From a virus: a stretch of DNA of 38,172 nucleotides. The position numbers and the translations under genes were made by a program. Positions within the stretch are counted from its first letter, which is position 1, and each line of letters starts with the position of its first letter. The stretch spans positions 1-38,172 of IMG/VR virus record IMGVR_UViG_3300005077_000048. The stretch is one strand, 5' to 3'. Under the pieces are notes generated by a model, which did no database searches, was not told the origin of the DNA, and worked only from the letters and a program-made list of their open reading frames with translations. Below, in pieces: positions 22,926 to 30,384 of the stretch.

Positions 22926-22980
22926 CTGTGCTACCTATTATACTTCTTCACTGTTTTTTCATCAATCGACTGTGCTACCC
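22926..22980 (-). promoter_or_regulatory. Sigma70-like promoter (TTGATG-17 nt-TATAAT) bracketed by two CTGTGCTACC(C) sites
   Basis: -10 at 22937-22942, -35 at 22960-22965. Motif copies at 22926-22935 (over the predicted start site) and 22970-22980 (just upstream of the -35). Confidence 0.55.
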
Positions 22981-22984
22981 AAAT

Positions 22985-22993
22985 TGTGGATAA
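22985..22993. promoter_or_regulatory. Perfect DnaA-box 9-mer (TGTGGATAA = TTATCCACA)
   Basis: Exact match to the E. coli-type consensus, in the spacer upstream of the initiator-like gene. A single copy could be chance. Confidence 0.3.
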
Positions 22994-23002
22994 CTGTTGA
23001 GC

Positions 23003-23554
23003 TTATCCCAATTTTGCTCGGAGCCTTGACTGCAGTGACTCGATTGCCATGTCCTTCGCCTTTTCGTATCCGTATGCGTCGCTCATTTTCCAGAAGTATT
23101 CGCTGTCAGGGAACTCGTACCCGTTCGGATCGAACTCTGTCTCGCGTAACATCTCGAGGAAGTCGTGCATCTGTTGCACCTCGGTGAAGTCTGCGGTGCT
23201 TCGTCTCCTTCGGACGGTCCGATCGACGAGCTCCACGTCGTATCCGAGCGCTTTGTCGAAGAGAGTCTCGCGGCCTTTCTTCTTCATGGCCGTGCCGATC
23301 TCTCCGGTGTGGATGTCTTGGCTTTGAATGATCCAGTATTCCACCACGGGACCGTTCAGGAACTTCCGCATGCGGTCTACCTCGGGGTTGTAGAGCTCGT
23401 AGGTGACGCGGATCGTCTTCGGTTTCCAGTCGGCCTCGACGGTCGACTGCACTTCCTTGATCCAGTAGTCCTTCCTTTGGAGCTCTCCCGGGCCCGGTGG
23501 CATGACCTCCCTCGAGGTGACGCTATAGTACAGGGTGATTTTTTTGGTCTTCAT
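23003..23554 (-). CDS. Hypothetical protein, 183 aa
   Basis: ORF only. 32-nt overlap with the upstream gene. Confidence 0.5.
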   Translation of the reverse strand: MKTKKITLYYSVTSREVMPPGPGELQRKDYWIKEVQSTVEADWKPKTIRVTYELYNPEVDRMRKFLNGPVVEYWIIQSQDIHTGEIGTAMKKKGRETLFDKALGYDVELVDRTVRRRRSTADFTEVQQMHDFLEMLRETEFDPNGYEFPDSEYFWKMSDAYGYEKAKDMAIESLQSRLRAKLG

Positions 23555-23891
23555 AGATTTTGTTGAGCCTGTCTCGTTTGCTTATAAGGTCCTCTGCCAC
23601 GCTCCACTTTCGGAGCGTCGCTTCGTCTGCGCGGTTGAGCATGATCCAGTCGAGGTATTGCCGCACCTCTCGCCTGTTCGCTTTGTCGTGCACGCTTTTG
23701 AGAAGCGGGAGGATGCACCACTTCTCATTGAGCCTTCCCTTGTTTCCGTGCGCGTAGCTTTCGAAGTTGTGGTGCCACTCGATCTTCACGCCTGGTCCGC
23801 GGCGTATGCCCGTGGCACAGCATCGGTGATAGAACTGGTCGGCTTCCATCTCGTCTCGGAGCTTCTTCGGTATGGGCTTGGTGATCGCCAT
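23523..23891 (-). CDS. Cys/His-rich protein (possible HNH/NinG-like), 122 aa
   Basis: HRCCATG...IEWHHNFESYAHG...PLLKSVHDKANR. Assignment is tentative. Confidence 0.4.
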   Translation of the reverse strand: MAITKPIPKKLRDEMEADQFYHRCCATGIRRGPGVKIEWHHNFESYAHGNKGRLNEKWCILPLLKSVHDKANRREVRQYLDWIMLNRADEATLRKWSVAEDLISKRDRLNKIYEDQKNHPVL

Positions 23892-23893
23892 GG

Positions 23894-24343
23894 CTAGATT
23901 TCGAAGATAGGTTGCGGGTGGTACTCCACTTCGTAGAGCCCTTGGTCGTCGAGGAAGTCCTTGATGTCCGGCACCTCATGGAGCGTGCGGTATTCGTCGA
24001 GGATCGGCTCCACGTCCTTGAGCGGGCTCTTCCATATCTTCGTCGGGATGGCGAGCTTGTTAGCGAAGAACTGGGCGCATCGGTCCATGTGCAGGCCGTA
24101 GTGTGCTTGCTCATGCCGGTATACCAGCCCGCCTCCGTGCACGAGGTATGCGAACTTCGTATACCCCTGCTGGCCGAAGAGGTGCTTGACCTCCTTCATC
24201 TCGAACTCGTGGCGTCCTTTCTCCTTGCACCATCGGTAGATGGACCAGAGGCTTCGGACGTGTTGCTTGTCGATCTGCCGAGCGTATCGTGCGACGGATC
24301 GCCCGCAGGTCGGACAGCATTCTCTTGGTTGCTTCGTGCTCAT
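23894..24343 (-). CDS. Hypothetical protein with N-terminal CCPTCG zinc-binding-like motif, 149 aa
   Basis: Start MSTKQPRE, with an ATGA overlap at 24340-24343. Confidence 0.5.
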   Translation of the reverse strand: MSTKQPRECCPTCGRSVARYARQIDKQHVRSLWSIYRWCKEKGRHEFEMKEVKHLFGQQGYTKFAYLVHGGGLVYRHEQAHYGLHMDRCAQFFANKLAIPTKIWKSPLKDVEPILDEYRTLHEVPDIKDFLDDQGLYEVEYHPQPIFEI

Positions 24344-24531
24344 TGTTTTGTTTCCTGTGCGTCGATGGTGCACTGCCCGACCATGTATTCGCAGTTGCTG
24401 ACGCCTATGCCGAGGTCCTTGGCGAAGTATTCCGCGATCTCCTCCGCGTCCTTCCCGATGAGCTCGGGAGGAACGTCTCGGATGATCACTCGATCGTTCG
24501 CGAAGTCTAGGATTGTGATGCGTGTCTTCAT
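24340..24531 (-). CDS. Hypothetical protein, 63 aa
   Basis: ORF with ATGA coupling on both sides. Confidence 0.5.
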   Translation of the reverse strand: MKTRITILDFANDRVIIRDVPPELIGKDAEEIAEYFAKDLGIGVSNCEYMVGQCTIDAQETKQ

Positions 24532-24713
24532 AGCGTTTTGTCGTTCTTCATTATGTGGTTAATGATGATGTGGTCTTCGACGTCGCTGATGAGCCTGAGT
24601 GCCTCGTAGTATTGCTCCTTCTGCATCTTCGGGAGTGATTGGAAGAATAGGTCGTTTCGAATCTCTTGGAGCTTACCGCGTAGAGTCCTTATTTTTTGTT
24701 GAAGTCTCTTCAT
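24528..24713 (-). CDS. Hypothetical protein, 61 aa
   Basis: ORF with an ATGA overlap to the downstream gene. Confidence 0.5.
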   Translation of the reverse strand: MKRLQQKIRTLRGKLQEIRNDLFFQSLPKMQKEQYYEALRLISDVEDHIIINHIMKNDKTL

Positions 24714-24717
24714 GGTT

Positions 24718-25815
24718 TTATTTGATTACCCCAGGCGTCTTTGCTAATTCAGCGAGCTCTAGCTCCATGTCTCGAATCTTCCCGCCGTGCTTTTCGAGCG
24801 CTCTCCTGAATTGGTCTGTGTCAGTTGGATGCTTTTGCGCGATCTCGTATTGGTCCTTCTCGTATGAGAGGTCCTTCTTCAGCTGGTCGTATCGTTGCTG
24901 AAGCGGTGAGCCATTGAGGTAGAATGTGTCGACCTTTTTCCAGAGCACCACGGTGTCTCCGACCTTCTCTTCCTTGAAGTCGGCGCGGGTTGCTTCAGTC
25001 CATCCGAACTGCGCTCTCCAGTTTCGGTATCGCTCCGCTTTCTCGAGGCGTGCCTTCTCCTCTGCCTCCTTCTTAGCCGCCTCTTCTTTGGCCCGTTTTT
25101 CGCGTTCTAGGCGCTCTTCCTCCTCTTTGCGAGCTTTCTCCCGTTCTTCCTCCCGGGCCTTCTCCTCGCGCTCCCTAGCCTCTTTCTCGGCCTTCAGGCG
25201 GGCTTCCTCCCTTGCGTTGGCTTCCTCCTTCTCGCGGGCGGCATCTTCGCGGGCTTTGATCTCCGCTTCCTTGCGCTCGTTCTCCTTTCTGATCTCCTCG
25301 TCGCGGGCACGCTGGTCCGCTTCTGCCTTCTCTTTGTCGGCCTTCAGCTTGTCTGCAGTGCGGGCGTTGAAGTAGCCCTCGAAGTCGTTGGCGTCCATGA
25401 GGAGCAGATCCTCGTCGCTCACCTCCACCCCGTCGCCGATCGCCGCGAGGCGTTCCTTGCGTGCCGGCAGTTTCTCCATGCGTTCCTCTCGGATCGCGAG
25501 CTTCTCGGCTTCCTCTTCGATCGCCTTGAGGCGGTCCTCTTCAGGCTCGATGATGCCGATGAGCTCCTTCTCCTTGGCGATCACCGCTTTGCTGAACTTG
25601 TTGGCGTCGTCGCGCAGGTCCTTCCCGTACTTCTCGATCGCCACTCTCGTCTTCTTCAGATCGATGCGGGCCTTGCGGACCGTCTCGAGCTGGGTCTTGT
25701 CCTTCAGGTCTGTGGCCTTCAGGTCCTTTGTTTTTTCGACCATGGCTTGGAGGGTTGCGACCGTCGGGTCGAACTTCTCCAGCGCGGTCTCGTCTAGTAT
25801 GATTTTCTTTTCCAT
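24718..25815 (-). CDS. Coiled-coil protein with a ~110-aa Glu/Arg/Lys charged helix, 365 aa
   Basis: Central ADKEKAEADQRARDEEIRKENERKEAEIKAREDAAREKEE...EKARLEKAERY. CATATG start. Adjacent to the YqaJ exonuclease. Confidence 0.5.
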   Translation of the reverse strand: MEKKIILDETALEKFDPTVATLQAMVEKTKDLKATDLKDKTQLETVRKARIDLKKTRVAIEKYGKDLRDDANKFSKAVIAKEKELIGIIEPEEDRLKAIEEEAEKLAIREERMEKLPARKERLAAIGDGVEVSDEDLLLMDANDFEGYFNARTADKLKADKEKAEADQRARDEEIRKENERKEAEIKAREDAAREKEEANAREEARLKAEKEAREREEKAREEEREKARKEEEERLEREKRAKEEAAKKEAEEKARLEKAERYRNWRAQFGWTEATRADFKEEKVGDTVVLWKKVDTFYLNGSPLQQRYDQLKKDLSYEKDQYEIAQKHPTDTDQFRRALEKHGGKIRDMELELAELAKTPGVIK

Positions 25816-25834
25816 ATGCTTCGGCTTTTTGTTA

Positions 25835-26548
25835 TTAGAACTCCGTTGGTAATACGATCTCCTTCCATGCGAGCCAGTCTGCTCGGAACTTGAGGAGGGC
25901 TTCCATCGCCTCCTTCACCGCTTCCTGCAGTATCTCGTTGTCGCGGCTCACCTCGACCGTGTAGAGCTTGGCGTCTTCGTTGATGAAGCGTGCGTCGTAG
26001 ATCAGGAAGTGGAGCTTCTTCAGGTCGTTGTTGACGAGGAAGTAGTGGACCACCTGCCATTTGTACTCGCTCGGGATTCCGAGGAAGGGTGCGCCTGCGA
26101 GCGGGTTTCCCTTCGCTCCCATGAGCCCCGTCTCTTCCATCGGGATCATGTTCTCGATGCGGTAGAGGATGGCCTTCTTCGAGTCCGGGCACTTCACCTC
26201 GGTCGCCTCGCTGTACTTCCCTGACTCGTCCTTGATCAGGCCGTCAGGGCTTAGGGCTATCCAGTCGTGCTCGTCGTGGACGCACATGCCCACGCGCTCG
26301 ACCTTCTTGCCAGTCTTCGCTTCGTAGGCGCGGATGGCGAAGATTTCCTCCGCGTTGCCGCGCTCCATCTCTGCGGTGGTCACGAATGCCTTGCTCTGCT
26401 CGGTCGCCTCTTCGGCGATGAGCTCGGCTATCAGGCTTCGGCGTGCCTCGGCGGTTCCCATGACCGCCTTGAGCTTCGTGCCAGTGATCTTGCACATGCG
26501 GGAGTCGTGCCACTCCTTGGTGCCTTGTTCTATTGCGATTGTTCTCAT
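25835..26548 (-). CDS. YqaJ-type (lambda Exo-like, PD-(D/E)xK) recombination exonuclease, 237 aa
   Basis: EQGTKEWHDSRMCKITGTKLKAVMG N-terminus. ALSPDGLI ... EATEVKCP catalytic D...E.K pattern. Confidence 0.8.
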   Translation of the reverse strand: MRTIAIEQGTKEWHDSRMCKITGTKLKAVMGTAEARRSLIAELIAEEATEQSKAFVTTAEMERGNAEEIFAIRAYEAKTGKKVERVGMCVHDEHDWIALSPDGLIKDESGKYSEATEVKCPDSKKAILYRIENMIPMEETGLMGAKGNPLAGAPFLGIPSEYKWQVVHYFLVNNDLKKLHFLIYDARFINEDAKLYTVEVSRDNEILQEAVKEAMEALLKFRADWLAWKEIVLPTEF

Positions 26549-27090
26549 GCTGATAGTTTGTTTTTAAGCTCGTCCTTTTTGGTAATGAGGTCTTTGTCGT
26601 TTCGGGCGCTCACAGGGAACTTCGACCAGATGGTCTTCAGTTCCTCGAGGCTTTTCGCGGCGGCGAGCTTTGCCGTGTACCCTGCGACGTCCACCTTTAT
26701 TTTGGGCACGAAGTCCCTGATGCGTAGCGCATCCTGCACTTTGCCGAACGCCTTCACCGGCGTGGCGTATACCTGTATCTGCTTTCCGATCCATTGCTCC
26801 GGGTGCGATCCGTAGAGCTGGGTGAGGATGTTTCCGTTGGTGATGTTGAGTATCATCTTCGGCACGTCCTCAACGAAGTAGAGCACTTGTTTCTGCTTCT
26901 TCCCGTCTGCCGTCGTCACCTCCTCTTCTCCCACGAACTTCTCGATGGTGAGGAGCATTTCCTCCCCCTTCTCGAGGTTGTGGCTTCCGAGATAGTCCTT
27001 GTCGAGGAAGTTTTTCCAGTGGCGATTCGCCCCCTTCTCCTTCTTCGTCAGGATTTTAGTTTCTCCTGCGTTTGACTGCTCCGTTGTCAT
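26545..27090 (-). CDS. Hypothetical protein, 181 aa
   Basis: ORF with an ATGA overlap to the exonuclease start. No motif recognised. A candidate unrecognised ssDNA-binding/annealing partner by position only. Confidence 0.45.
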   Translation of the reverse strand: MTTEQSNAGETKILTKKEKGANRHWKNFLDKDYLGSHNLEKGEEMLLTIEKFVGEEEVTTADGKKQKQVLYFVEDVPKMILNITNGNILTQLYGSHPEQWIGKQIQVYATPVKAFGKVQDALRIRDFVPKIKVDVAGYTAKLAAAKSLEELKTIWSKFPVSARNDKDLITKKDELKNKLSA

Positions 27091-27391
27091 GTGTGTTTTT
27101 TGGCTTTCGGACCATGCTCATGAGCACGGGTCCGTAGGCGGTTAGGTAGTTGATAAGGTTCCTCGCTTCGATGGTGTACCGGCGTTGTTTGCCTTCGCCT
27201 TCCTCCTTCGCTTTGAGGAGATTCGGTCCCGTCATGTCCGCTCTGATCACTCCGACGATGGTGCGGTGGTGGGTTGCCCATGGCATATACCCTTCCCGCT
27301 TTATGTCGGACACCGAGAGCTTCCGTTTCGGGTCCTTTCTGAGAGCTTCGACTTGGCTTCTCATGCTCTTCATTTTACTATGCGTTGTCAT
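27056..27391 (-). CDS. Hypothetical basic protein, 111 aa
   Basis: ORF only. 35-nt overlap with the downstream gene. Confidence 0.45.
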   Translation of the reverse strand: MTTHSKMKSMRSQVEALRKDPKRKLSVSDIKREGYMPWATHHRTIVGVIRADMTGPNLLKAKEEGEGKQRRYTIEARNLINYLTAYGPVLMSMVRKPKNTHDNGAVKRRRN

Positions 27392-27404
27392 ATATTGCTA
27401 ACGG

Positions 27405-28946
27405 TTAATTGTGGATATGTAGCTTGGCCTTCATTCGACCGAGGAACTCCGCGGCCATCGAGATGTTGTTTCCCTTGGTGGCTTGGTTCATTTCCCGTTG
27501 AAGGTCCTCGTATGCGGCTTCGCGCTCGATCTCGTCTTCGATGGTCTGGATCCGCTCCATCTCCTGGGCCCAGCGGTGGCTTGCGTCCCCGTCCATGAGC
27601 TCCTTGATGATGGCTCGCTTCCTCTCGAGGATGTCGACAATGTCTTCCTCGATCGTGTCGGCCGCGATGTAGTAGTACACGTTCACCGTTCCTTCTTGCC
27701 CGATGCGGTGGGCGCGGTCCTCTGCCTGGCTGTGAAGCTCTGGGCTCCACTCCATGTCGGCGAACATCACGATGCTTGCGGCCGTGAGAGTGATTCCCAC
27801 GCCTCCCGCTTTTATGTTCGCGATGAAGACCTTGGTGTCGTCGTGGTTTTGGAATGCGTCGACCGCTTTCTGGCGGGCGTGCATGTCGTCTTGTCCCGTG
27901 AGGGTCACCGCGAGGATCGGCTCCTTGGCGTCATCGTATCTCGTCCCGCGCTTGCTCTCCGCGAGCATTTCCTTGAGACGCATGATGGTGCCGGTGAACT
28001 GGCTGAAGACGATGACCTTTTGGCCTTGGTCCACGGCGCTTCGGATGTCGGAGACTATGCGCTCGAGCTTGGCCTGACTGCAGACCTGCTTCAGCTTCAT
28101 GAGCTCCACGAGGTGCCGCGCGTCCATGATGCCCTCGATGTCCTTGTCGACGTCGGGGTTGTTCGCGATCCATTCGACGTAGTTGTCGAAGGCGTTGTCG
28201 TAGGTGCGCTGGTCCTCCTTCGAGAGCTCGGTTATTTGCACCGAGATGATCTTCGGCGGAAGGTTGAGCACGTCCTTCTTCAGGCGTCGCAGGATGTTTC
28301 CCTTGGTGAACTCCCGAAGCTCCTCGAGGTGGGTCGCCCCGCCCTCGTCGAAGAATCGGATGATCTGCCCGTTCTTCTTCACGATGGTCTTCATGTATGC
28401 CCCGCAGTAGCGCTTGGCGTATACGGTCCTTGCTCGGCCGAGCGGGTGCTTGATGGCTTTGAGCAAGTTGAAGAGCTCGATCGGTCGGTTCATGATCGGC
28501 GTTCCCGTGAGGGCGTATACCTTCTCGAGCTGAAGAACCACGTCGAGCGTCGTCGATGCGCGGATGGTCTTTCGCCCTTTGATGTAGTGCGCCTCGTCGA
28601 TGATCGCGGTATCGATGAGGCCGTTTGCGATGAGGTTGAGGATCTGATCCTTGTATTTCGGAAGCAGGTCGTAGTTGATAATGATCCACGGTGTGGCGAC
28701 GAGCGTCTCTTCAGGTCCCGACTGGACCGTGGTTATTTCGTCTTCAGGGTATACCATTTTCACCTCGCGCTCCCAGTTGATCTTGAGGGATGCCGGGCAG
28801 ATGATGAGTGTCCCATGAGACGAGTCTTCTCCGGCGGCTACGATCGCTTGTCTGGTCTTTCCGAGACCCATTTCGTCAGCGAGTATCGCCCGTTTTGTTT
28901 TTTTCAGGAAGGTGATGCCTTCCTCTTGATGTGGGAATAGCTTCAT
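27405..28946 (-). CDS. SNF2/RAD54-family helicase, 513 aa (start MKLFPHQ)
   Basis: LFPHQEEG, ADEMGLGKT (motif I), DEAHYIKG (II), C-terminal helicase lobe. GGAG 11 nt upstream of ATG 28946. The track start at 29000 overlaps the previous gene. Confidence 0.85.
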   Translation of the reverse strand: MKLFPHQEEGITFLKKTKRAILADEMGLGKTRQAIVAAGEDSSHGTLIICPASLKINWEREVKMVYPEDEITTVQSGPEETLVATPWIIINYDLLPKYKDQILNLIANGLIDTAIIDEAHYIKGRKTIRASTTLDVVLQLEKVYALTGTPIMNRPIELFNLLKAIKHPLGRARTVYAKRYCGAYMKTIVKKNGQIIRFFDEGGATHLEELREFTKGNILRRLKKDVLNLPPKIISVQITELSKEDQRTYDNAFDNYVEWIANNPDVDKDIEGIMDARHLVELMKLKQVCSQAKLERIVSDIRSAVDQGQKVIVFSQFTGTIMRLKEMLAESKRGTRYDDAKEPILAVTLTGQDDMHARQKAVDAFQNHDDTKVFIANIKAGGVGITLTAASIVMFADMEWSPELHSQAEDRAHRIGQEGTVNVYYYIAADTIEEDIVDILERKRAIIKELMDGDASHRWAQEMERIQTIEDEIEREAAYEDLQREMNQATKGNNISMAAEFLGRMKAKLHIHN

Positions 28947-28963
28947 GGCTTGTATTGCTCCGG

Positions 28964-29245
28964 TTATTCTTCCCCGAACATGTCGCGATCTCGACCCCAC
29001 CCGCGTCTGTCTCTGCCGTTCCTATGGCCCCTGTGGTCATTGTGGCGCTCGTAGCGTTGCGTCTGGTGCCCGTTTGAGGGTTTCATCGCTTTCTTGGCCG
29101 CGCGGCACTCCTGGCATCGTTTTGGCGCTTCGAAGCCCATTCGGTTGTAGAATTCCTGGTCCTTCACCGTGAAGGTGAATGTGGCACCGTTCGGACATGG
29201 GTTATCCCTGTCTACCCCGATGCATCGTATTTCTTGGTCTTGCAT
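28964..29245 (-). CDS. Zinc-ribbon protein with basic Arg/His/Gly tail, 93 aa
   Basis: C-x9-C ... FTFTVKDQEFYNRMGFEAPKRCQECR resembles the 'probable zinc-ribbon' C..C...EQ.FY..KG...P.RC..CR pattern. Confidence 0.55.
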   Translation of the reverse strand: MQDQEIRCIGVDRDNPCPNGATFTFTVKDQEFYNRMGFEAPKRCQECRAAKKAMKPSNGHQTQRYERHNDHRGHRNGRDRRGWGRDRDMFGEE

Positions 29246-29256
29246 ATGTGTGTTGA

Positions 29257-29706
29257 TTAGAAGGGGATGTCGTCAGGGTTTATTGCTTCCTTGCCCTGCT
29301 CGTCTTCCTCCGGCTTCCCCATTTCATCAAAGTCCTTGTCGGCTTGGCTTCGGGTGTCACCGCCGCCTGCGTTCCCCGCCTTCGGACCCATTTGCATTTG
29401 TTCGACCACGATCTCGGTGCGGTACATTTTCTTCCCGCTATCCTTGTCGTCCCAGCTTCGTGTCTGCAGTCGGCCGATCACTCCGACGAGCTGGCCCTTC
29501 TTCAGGTACTGCGCCATGATGTCGGCGGTGTTTCCGAATGCCACCACGTTGTGGAACTCGGCGTCTTCCTGCTTTTGGCCGTTCTTGTCTTTCCACGTCC
29601 TCGATGTTGCCACCGATGCGTTGACTACCGATGTGCCGTTTGGGAGGGCTTTCTTCTCGGGGTCCCTCGTCAGTCTCCCCACTATCGTCACTTGATTGAT
29701 GTTCAT
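29257..29706 (-). CDS. ssb: Single-stranded DNA-binding protein, 149 aa
   Basis: MNINQVTIVGRLTRDPE OB-fold N-terminus, Gly-rich linker, acidic C-terminal tail ending DDIPF. Confidence 0.92.
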   Translation of the reverse strand: MNINQVTIVGRLTRDPEKKALPNGTSVVNASVATSRTWKDKNGQKQEDAEFHNVVAFGNTADIMAQYLKKGQLVGVIGRLQTRSWDDKDSGKKMYRTEIVVEQMQMGPKAGNAGGGDTRSQADKDFDEMGKPEEDEQGKEAINPDDIPF

Positions 29707-29716
29707 GCTTTGGCTT

Positions 29717-29881
29717 TTATAGTATTGCTTTGATAATTTCTGCGGTGATCCGGCCGAGGTAGAACCCGTCGGCTGGCACCTGCCCCGATGCGATCCATGA
29801 GGCGAACCCCATGAAGTCTACGATGAGGACCGCGAGTGCGATTCCCGTTGCGATGCCTGCGGCCGTTTTTACTTTTTCCAT
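29717..29881 (-). CDS. Small membrane protein, 54 aa (MEKVKTAAGIATGIALAVLIVDFMGFASWIA...)
   Basis: Internal ATG of track ORF 29717..30055. One clear hydrophobic helix. The upstream part of the track ORF is Arg-rich and better explained by another frame. Confidence 0.5.
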   Translation of the reverse strand: MEKVKTAAGIATGIALAVLIVDFMGFASWIASGQVPADGFYLGRITAEIIKAIL

Positions 29882-29994
29882 ACGGCGTCGAGGCATCGGC
29901 AGAGTGCTTCGTAGAAGCTGTATCCGAGGAATTGCTGGCCTTGGTACGTTGCGACGTAGTAGGGCGAGCCGTTTCCTTCTTTTTCTATGATCAT
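29869..29994 (-). CDS. Unlisted small ORF, 41 aa (MIIEKEGNGSPYYVATYQGQQFLGYSFYEALCRCLDAVWKK)
   Basis: Hand translation. GGAGA 8 nt upstream of ATG 29994. G/C-rich third positions. First gene after the early promoter. Confidence 0.5.
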   Translation of the reverse strand: MIIEKEGNGSPYYVATYQGQQFLGYSFYEALCRCLDAVWKK

Positions 29995-30045
29995 GTTTTT
30001 GTCTCCGATTTATTGCTTGGCTTGTAATGTCGACCTTCATTTGAG

Positions 30046-30076
30046 AGTATACCATGCGTTGTCATTCTGTGCTAAC
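30046..30076 (-). promoter_or_regulatory. Candidate early promoter (TTAGCA-18 nt-TGGTATACT) overlapping a CTGTGCTAAC site
   Basis: Minus strand: GTTAGCACAGAATGACAACGCATGGTATACT. Extended -10 at 30046-30054, -35 at 30070-30075. Confidence 0.5.
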
Positions 30077-30130
30077 GGCTATGCTGTGGACAAGTCCCCC
30101 TCTGGGGTGGGAGGCTCTGCCTCCCCATAC

Positions 30131-30165
30131 TGTTTTCTTTTACTTATTAACTTATTACTTATATG
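30131..30165. repeat. AT-rich block with three ACTTAT(T) repeats (DNA-unwinding-element candidate)
   Basis: tgttttcttttACTTATTAACTTATTACTTATatg, directly adjacent to the iterons. Confidence 0.5.
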
Positions 30166-30166
30166 T

Positions 30167-30253
30167 GGCACACCTGTGCCGCCCCGGGGTGGCACGCTTG
30201 TGCTACCCCCATCGCACACCTGTGCTACCCCCTCGCACGTGTGTGCGACCCTC
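30167..30253. repeat. Four direct ~21-24-bp iterons with a palindromic GCAC-N4-GTGC core
   Basis: GGCACACCTGTGCCGCCCC / GGCACGCTTGTGCTACCCCC / CGCACACCTGTGCTACCCCC / CGCACGTGTGTGCGACCCTC starting at 30167, 30191, 30213 and 30234. Confidence 0.75.
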
Positions 30254-30261
30254 TGAAATGC

Positions 30262-30287
30262 AAAAGACCCCCGTGAAGGGGTCTTTT
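30262..30287 (-). terminator. Intrinsic (bidirectional-type) terminator ending the late/lysis transcript
   Basis: AAAA-GACCCC-loop-GGGGTC-TTTT. U tract on both strands. ~100 nt downstream of the last lysis gene. Confidence 0.8.
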
Positions 30288-30384
30288 ACCAAGCCGAAGC
30301 AAGGTCAGGCGACTGTCGGAGCACAGCCCCCTTGCGGGTAACCTGACTCCTTAATCGTAGCATTTTATTGCCCTATTCGAAAGG

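Noticed and set aside
27483-28940. A 485-aa plus-strand ORF, together with other long plus-strand ORFs (e.g. 7495..8307, 35572..36372, 3290..4063, 11375..11941).
   Set aside because: Each lies antisense to a minus-strand gene with clear domain motifs, here the SNF2 helicase. Their products are Leu/Val/Arg/Ser/Asp-rich with no motifs. They are typical shadow ORFs of a genome with G/C-rich third codon positions.
29717-30055. The 112-aa ORF as one gene (MVYSQMKVDITSQAINRRQKHDHRKRRKR...).
   Set aside because: Its first half is Arg-rich and crosses the predicted promoter. The same DNA is better explained by a 41-aa ORF with a GGAGA site (29869..29994) and a 54-aa membrane protein starting at the internal ATG 29881.
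30167-30253. The four regularly spaced repeats as a mini CRISPR array.
   Set aside because: The repeat period is only 21-24 bp with essentially no spacers. The repeats are imperfect, there are no cas genes, and they are adjacent to an AT-rich block. Iterons or operators fit better.
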